Shown: piece by piece, positions 26,004-28,722 of the stretch | Layout of the letters: every line of letters begins with the position of its first letter | Numbering within the stretch: position 1 is the stretch's first letter | Virus record (IMG/VR): IMGVR_UViG_3300044305_000997 | Location: 1 to 28,722 of that record | Strand: one strand, 5' to 3' | DNA: 28,722 bases | DNA from: a virus | Taxonomy: Duplodnaviria; Caudoviricetes | The notes under the pieces: generated by a model | Told to the model about the DNA's origin: nothing | The model's database searches: none | Seen by the model: the letters and a program-made list of their open reading frames with translations, nothing else | Translations under genes and position numbers: made by a program

Positions 26004-27559
26004 TAATGCAGCTTGAGGCTAGGACAGATAAGGCTGAAAAAAACATAGAGACAGTAAATAAAGAGGTTAAAACTTTAGAAAAAAATGTAGATAAAACAAC
26101 AGACGCTTTTAAAGGTGTAGAAAAAGCAACTAAAGATACAGCAAAAGGGGTTCGTAGAATAGGCACAACTCTAAAGGCTATTGGGATAGGGCTTTTGATA
26201 GCTGCTTTTGCAAAATTAAAAGAGGTATTTGAAGAAAATCAAAAAGTAACAGATGCTTTTAATACTACATTTAATTTTTTATCGGTTGCTTTTAATGACT
26301 TTTTTAATTTCTTAGATGCTAATATAGGAACTGTAGTAAGTTACTTTCAAAGTATATTTGATGACCCTTTGCAATCTATTGAAAACTTTGGTAGAGCTTT
26401 ATTTGAAAATGTAATTGAAAGAATTAAATCATCATTAGAAGCTTTAGGTTTTTTAGCAAGTGCAGTAAAAAAAGTATTTGCTAGAGACTTTACAGGGGCA
26501 TTAGAAGATGTTAAAGAGGCAGGTAAGGAAATGGTAGATGCTATTACAGGTGTAGATAATACATTTGAAAAAATAGCAGAGATTGCACCTAAAGTTGCTA
26601 AAAGTATCTCCAAATATGCTAAATCTACTTATGATTCTGCCAAAGCACAAACAGAAGCTAATAAAGCAGCAGAGATAGCAGTAGCAAGAAACAGAGTTAT
26701 ATTAGAACAAAAGGATAGGGAGGCAGAATTACTTAGACAAATAAGAGATGATGATTTAAGAACAATAGATGAAAGAATAGAAGCAAACAATAAGTTAGGC
26801 GAAGTATTAAAAGAACAAGAAAAACTTATGCTAGCTAATGCAGATGCTTTAATTCGTGCAGCACAATTACAAGTTGATAAAAATAATAATGATGCTAACC
26901 AGATTGCTCTTTTAGAAGCTAAGGCAGAAAAAGAAGCAGTACTTGCACAGATTACAGGATTTATGTCAGAGCAGTTAGCTAATCATAATTCATTGCTCAG
27001 AGAAAATTTAGATATTGAAAAAGAAGTAGCTGACGCTAAAGCTGCTATTGCTCAAGCACAAATGGACACAGCAGCAAGAGGTTTTCAATTACTTGGTAAA
27101 ATGGCAGGTAAAAATAGGGCTTTACAAGCAGCAGCAATTATAGGAGAAAACGCTTCAGGTATTGCAAAACAAATTATATCTACAAGAGCGGCTAATGCTG
27201 CAGTTACTATGAAATATGCAGCTATTCCATCTCCAGCAGGTCCTGCGTTAGCAGCAGCAGAAAAAAAACTTAATAAAATTAGTTTAGGGTTAGGTATAGC
27301 TTCTTCTATTTATGCAACAAGTCAAGCGTTGAAAGCATTAAAAGCAGGAGGCTCGCCATCTTCCCCATCTGTAGGGGCTGAAGCAACAGAAGCACAAGCT
27401 CCAGCGTTTAATATTGTAGGGCAAAGCACCTCCAACCAATTAGCTGATGTTATAGCAGGACAACAACAACAACCTATTCAAGCCTATGTAGTTTCTAATG
27501 ATGTAAGTACTGCACAAGAGTTAGATCGTAATATTATTACAGGAGCATCAATAGGATAA
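25988..27559 (+). CDS. Tape measure protein
   Basis: Ala/Glu/Lys-rich helical protein, hydrophobic IGIGLLIAAF segment, C-terminal PIQAYVV. Confidence 0.7.
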   Translation: MAQKLIMQLEARTDKAEKNIETVNKEVKTLEKNVDKTTDAFKGVEKATKDTAKGVRRIGTTLKAIGIGLLIAAFAKLKEVFEENQKVTDAFNTTFNFLSVAFNDFFNFLDANIGTVVSYFQSIFDDPLQSIENFGRALFENVIERIKSSLEALGFLASAVKKVFARDFTGALEDVKEAGKEMVDAITGVDNTFEKIAEIAPKVAKSISKYAKSTYDSAKAQTEANKAAEIAVARNRVILEQKDREAELLRQIRDDDLRTIDERIEANNKLGEVLKEQEKLMLANADALIRAAQLQVDKNNNDANQIALLEAKAEKEAVLAQITGFMSEQLANHNSLLRENLDIEKEVADAKAAIAQAQMDTAARGFQLLGKMAGKNRALQAAAIIGENASGIAKQIISTRAANAAVTMKYAAIPSPAGPALAAAEKKLNKISLGLGIASSIYATSQALKALKAGGSPSSPSVGAEATEAQAPAFNIVGQSTSNQLADVIAGQQQQPIQAYVVSNDVSTAQELDRNIITGASIG

Positions 27560-27560
27560 A

Positions 27561-27585
27561 CAAAAAAAATAATTTAATCGTTATA
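27561..27585 (+). promoter_or_regulatory. Putative late promoter CAAA-N14-CGTTATA, 5 nt before ATG 27591
   Basis: Repeated motif with identical spacing. Confidence 0.75.
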
Positions 27586-27590
27586 ATAGT

Positions 27591-28562
27591 ATGAAGATAA
27601 TAGAACTTATTTTAGGAGATGGAGTTTTTTCAGGTATAGAGGCTATTTCTTTAGTAGAATCTCCTGCAATAGAGGAGGATTTTATTGCTTTAAAGTCTCA
27701 AGAAGTTAAACTTGCTGAAGTATCTAGCGAGAAACGAATCTTAATGGGAGCTTTACTAGTACCAAACAAACCAATATACAGGCAAAACGGAGAAGAAGAT
27801 TACTACATTTACTTCTCTAAAAACACAATAGAGAAAGCATCTCAGCTTTACTTAATGAATGGCAAGCAAAACAATGCTACTTTAGAACATCAACACACTT
27901 TAAATGGATTAACTCTTGTAGAGAGTTGGTTAGTTGAGGATGAGGTACATGACAAATCCAGAAAGTATGGTTTAAATGTACCTGTAGGAACTTGGATGGG
28001 TGCTGTTAAGGTAAATTCTGAAGAAGTATGGGAGGAATTTGTTAAGACAGGAAAGGTAAAAGGATTTAGTATTGAAGGCTATTTTGCTGATAAAGCAGAA
28101 AGACCTAAAGAACCAATAAACGATTTAGAAATGGAAGCAGAACAACAACTATCTACAATTAGAACAATTATTAAAGAGGGAGAAAAAGTAGAACTAAGTT
28201 TTAAAAACGATGCAGAAAAGTTGGCTAGAAATCAGAATGGCTTTGAAAATGATTTTTTAAAAGAAAGGAAAGTTATAAATGCTAGCATTAACAGTTTCGA
28301 TCAGAAAGTTAGCTTTTTAAAAAAAGATATAAATAATGCAGAAAATCTTTGGAATAGGATAGAAAAAGAAGCTATACAAAATGAAATAATAGCAGAACAA
28401 GCATTAACTAAAATAAATAGAGCGGCAAAAGAGCTAGGGGTAGACCCTTCTAAAGTCGATGGTTATAAAAAATTATCAATGATATCTTCAAGAGTTCGTC
28501 AATTAAAAAGGCTTATGGACACAGCTAGGACAATTACAAAACAAATGGCCAAGAGGATATAA
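27591..28562 (+). CDS. Prohead serine protease (XkdF-like) with C-terminal coiled-coil extension
   Basis: EKRILMG...P, TLEH, VESW, GTWM, VW..VK.G..KGFSIEG. Confidence 0.8.
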   Translation: MKIIELILGDGVFSGIEAISLVESPAIEEDFIALKSQEVKLAEVSSEKRILMGALLVPNKPIYRQNGEEDYYIYFSKNTIEKASQLYLMNGKQNNATLEHQHTLNGLTLVESWLVEDEVHDKSRKYGLNVPVGTWMGAVKVNSEEVWEEFVKTGKVKGFSIEGYFADKAERPKEPINDLEMEAEQQLSTIRTIIKEGEKVELSFKNDAEKLARNQNGFENDFLKERKVINASINSFDQKVSFLKKDINNAENLWNRIEKEAIQNEIIAEQALTKINRAAKELGVDPSKVDGYKKLSMISSRVRQLKRLMDTARTITKQMAKRI

Positions 28563-28595
28563 GAAATAAATAAAATAATCAAATGAATACACAAG

Positions 28596-28721
28596 GCAAA
28601 GTAAATAAAAGACTATTTAGTAAAACTGAATTAACTACTCATATAGTTTAACTAATATAATTAAAAATGAAAAAATTTGAAACTCCAAGTAGAACAAGTC
28701 CTAGAGGTAGTCGCAGAGCGT
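28596..28721. repeat. Terminal direct repeat, copy 2
   Basis: Identical to 1..126. Confidence 0.95.
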
Positions 28722-28722
28722 T

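Noticed and set aside
8181-26613. Remaining minus-strand ORFs in the track (8181, 10709, 15238, 16397, 18230, 19577, 22085, 25966, 26347)
   Set aside because: All are antisense to well-supported + genes; their hydrophobicity reflects the A-rich coding strand.
28596-28722. End repeat as a biological terminal repeat
   Set aside because: The 126-127 nt length matches a common assembler k-mer, it cuts through a gene, and it is far from the terminase region, so an assembly overlap is more likely.
1-28722. Stop-codon reassignment
   Set aside because: The standard code gives dense, intact genes that end in TAA, TGA and TAG.

Overview
The window appears to be the complete circular (or terminally redundant) genome, about 28.6 kb, of a small lytic tailed siphovirus-like phage. 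The host is probably Bacteroidota (Flavobacteriia-like): there are no Shine-Dalgarno leaders, TAnnTTTG-type promoters are present, the SSB is DUF3127-type, and signal peptides end in A-Q. The first 126 nt are repeated at the end. All credible genes lie on the + strand. Order: scaffold, major capsid, tail tube, multidomain portal, adaptor, repeat tail fibre with S74 chaperone, an envelope/lysis block (TM protein, secreted thioredoxin-fold protein, probable outer-membrane beta-barrel, M15 endolysin, holin), a pure A/T tract, early genes (NinG, annealing protein, SSB, helicase, ECF-like sigma factor), a nucleotide cassette (DUF6378-like, thymidylate-synthase homologue, MazG-like), RecE-like nuclease, terminase, tail genes, tape measure and prohead protease. 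No integrase, DNA polymerase, primase, tRNA or CRISPR was recognised. Main observations: (1) the thymidylate-synthase homologue has Asp where dUMP enzymes have Asn, suggesting a cytosine-modification pathway; (2) a phage sigma factor occurs with five identically spaced YAAA-N14-CGTTATA sites, four apparently leaderless; (3) two promoter-terminator mini-units could encode sRNAs antisense to translation starts; (4) a hidden -1 frameshift ORF; (5) a secreted thioredoxin-fold plus beta-barrel module in the lysis cassette; (6) recurring [VIT]-[EK]-L-[AS] motifs at head-protein domain junctions. All family calls come from motif recognition by eye, not from database searches.
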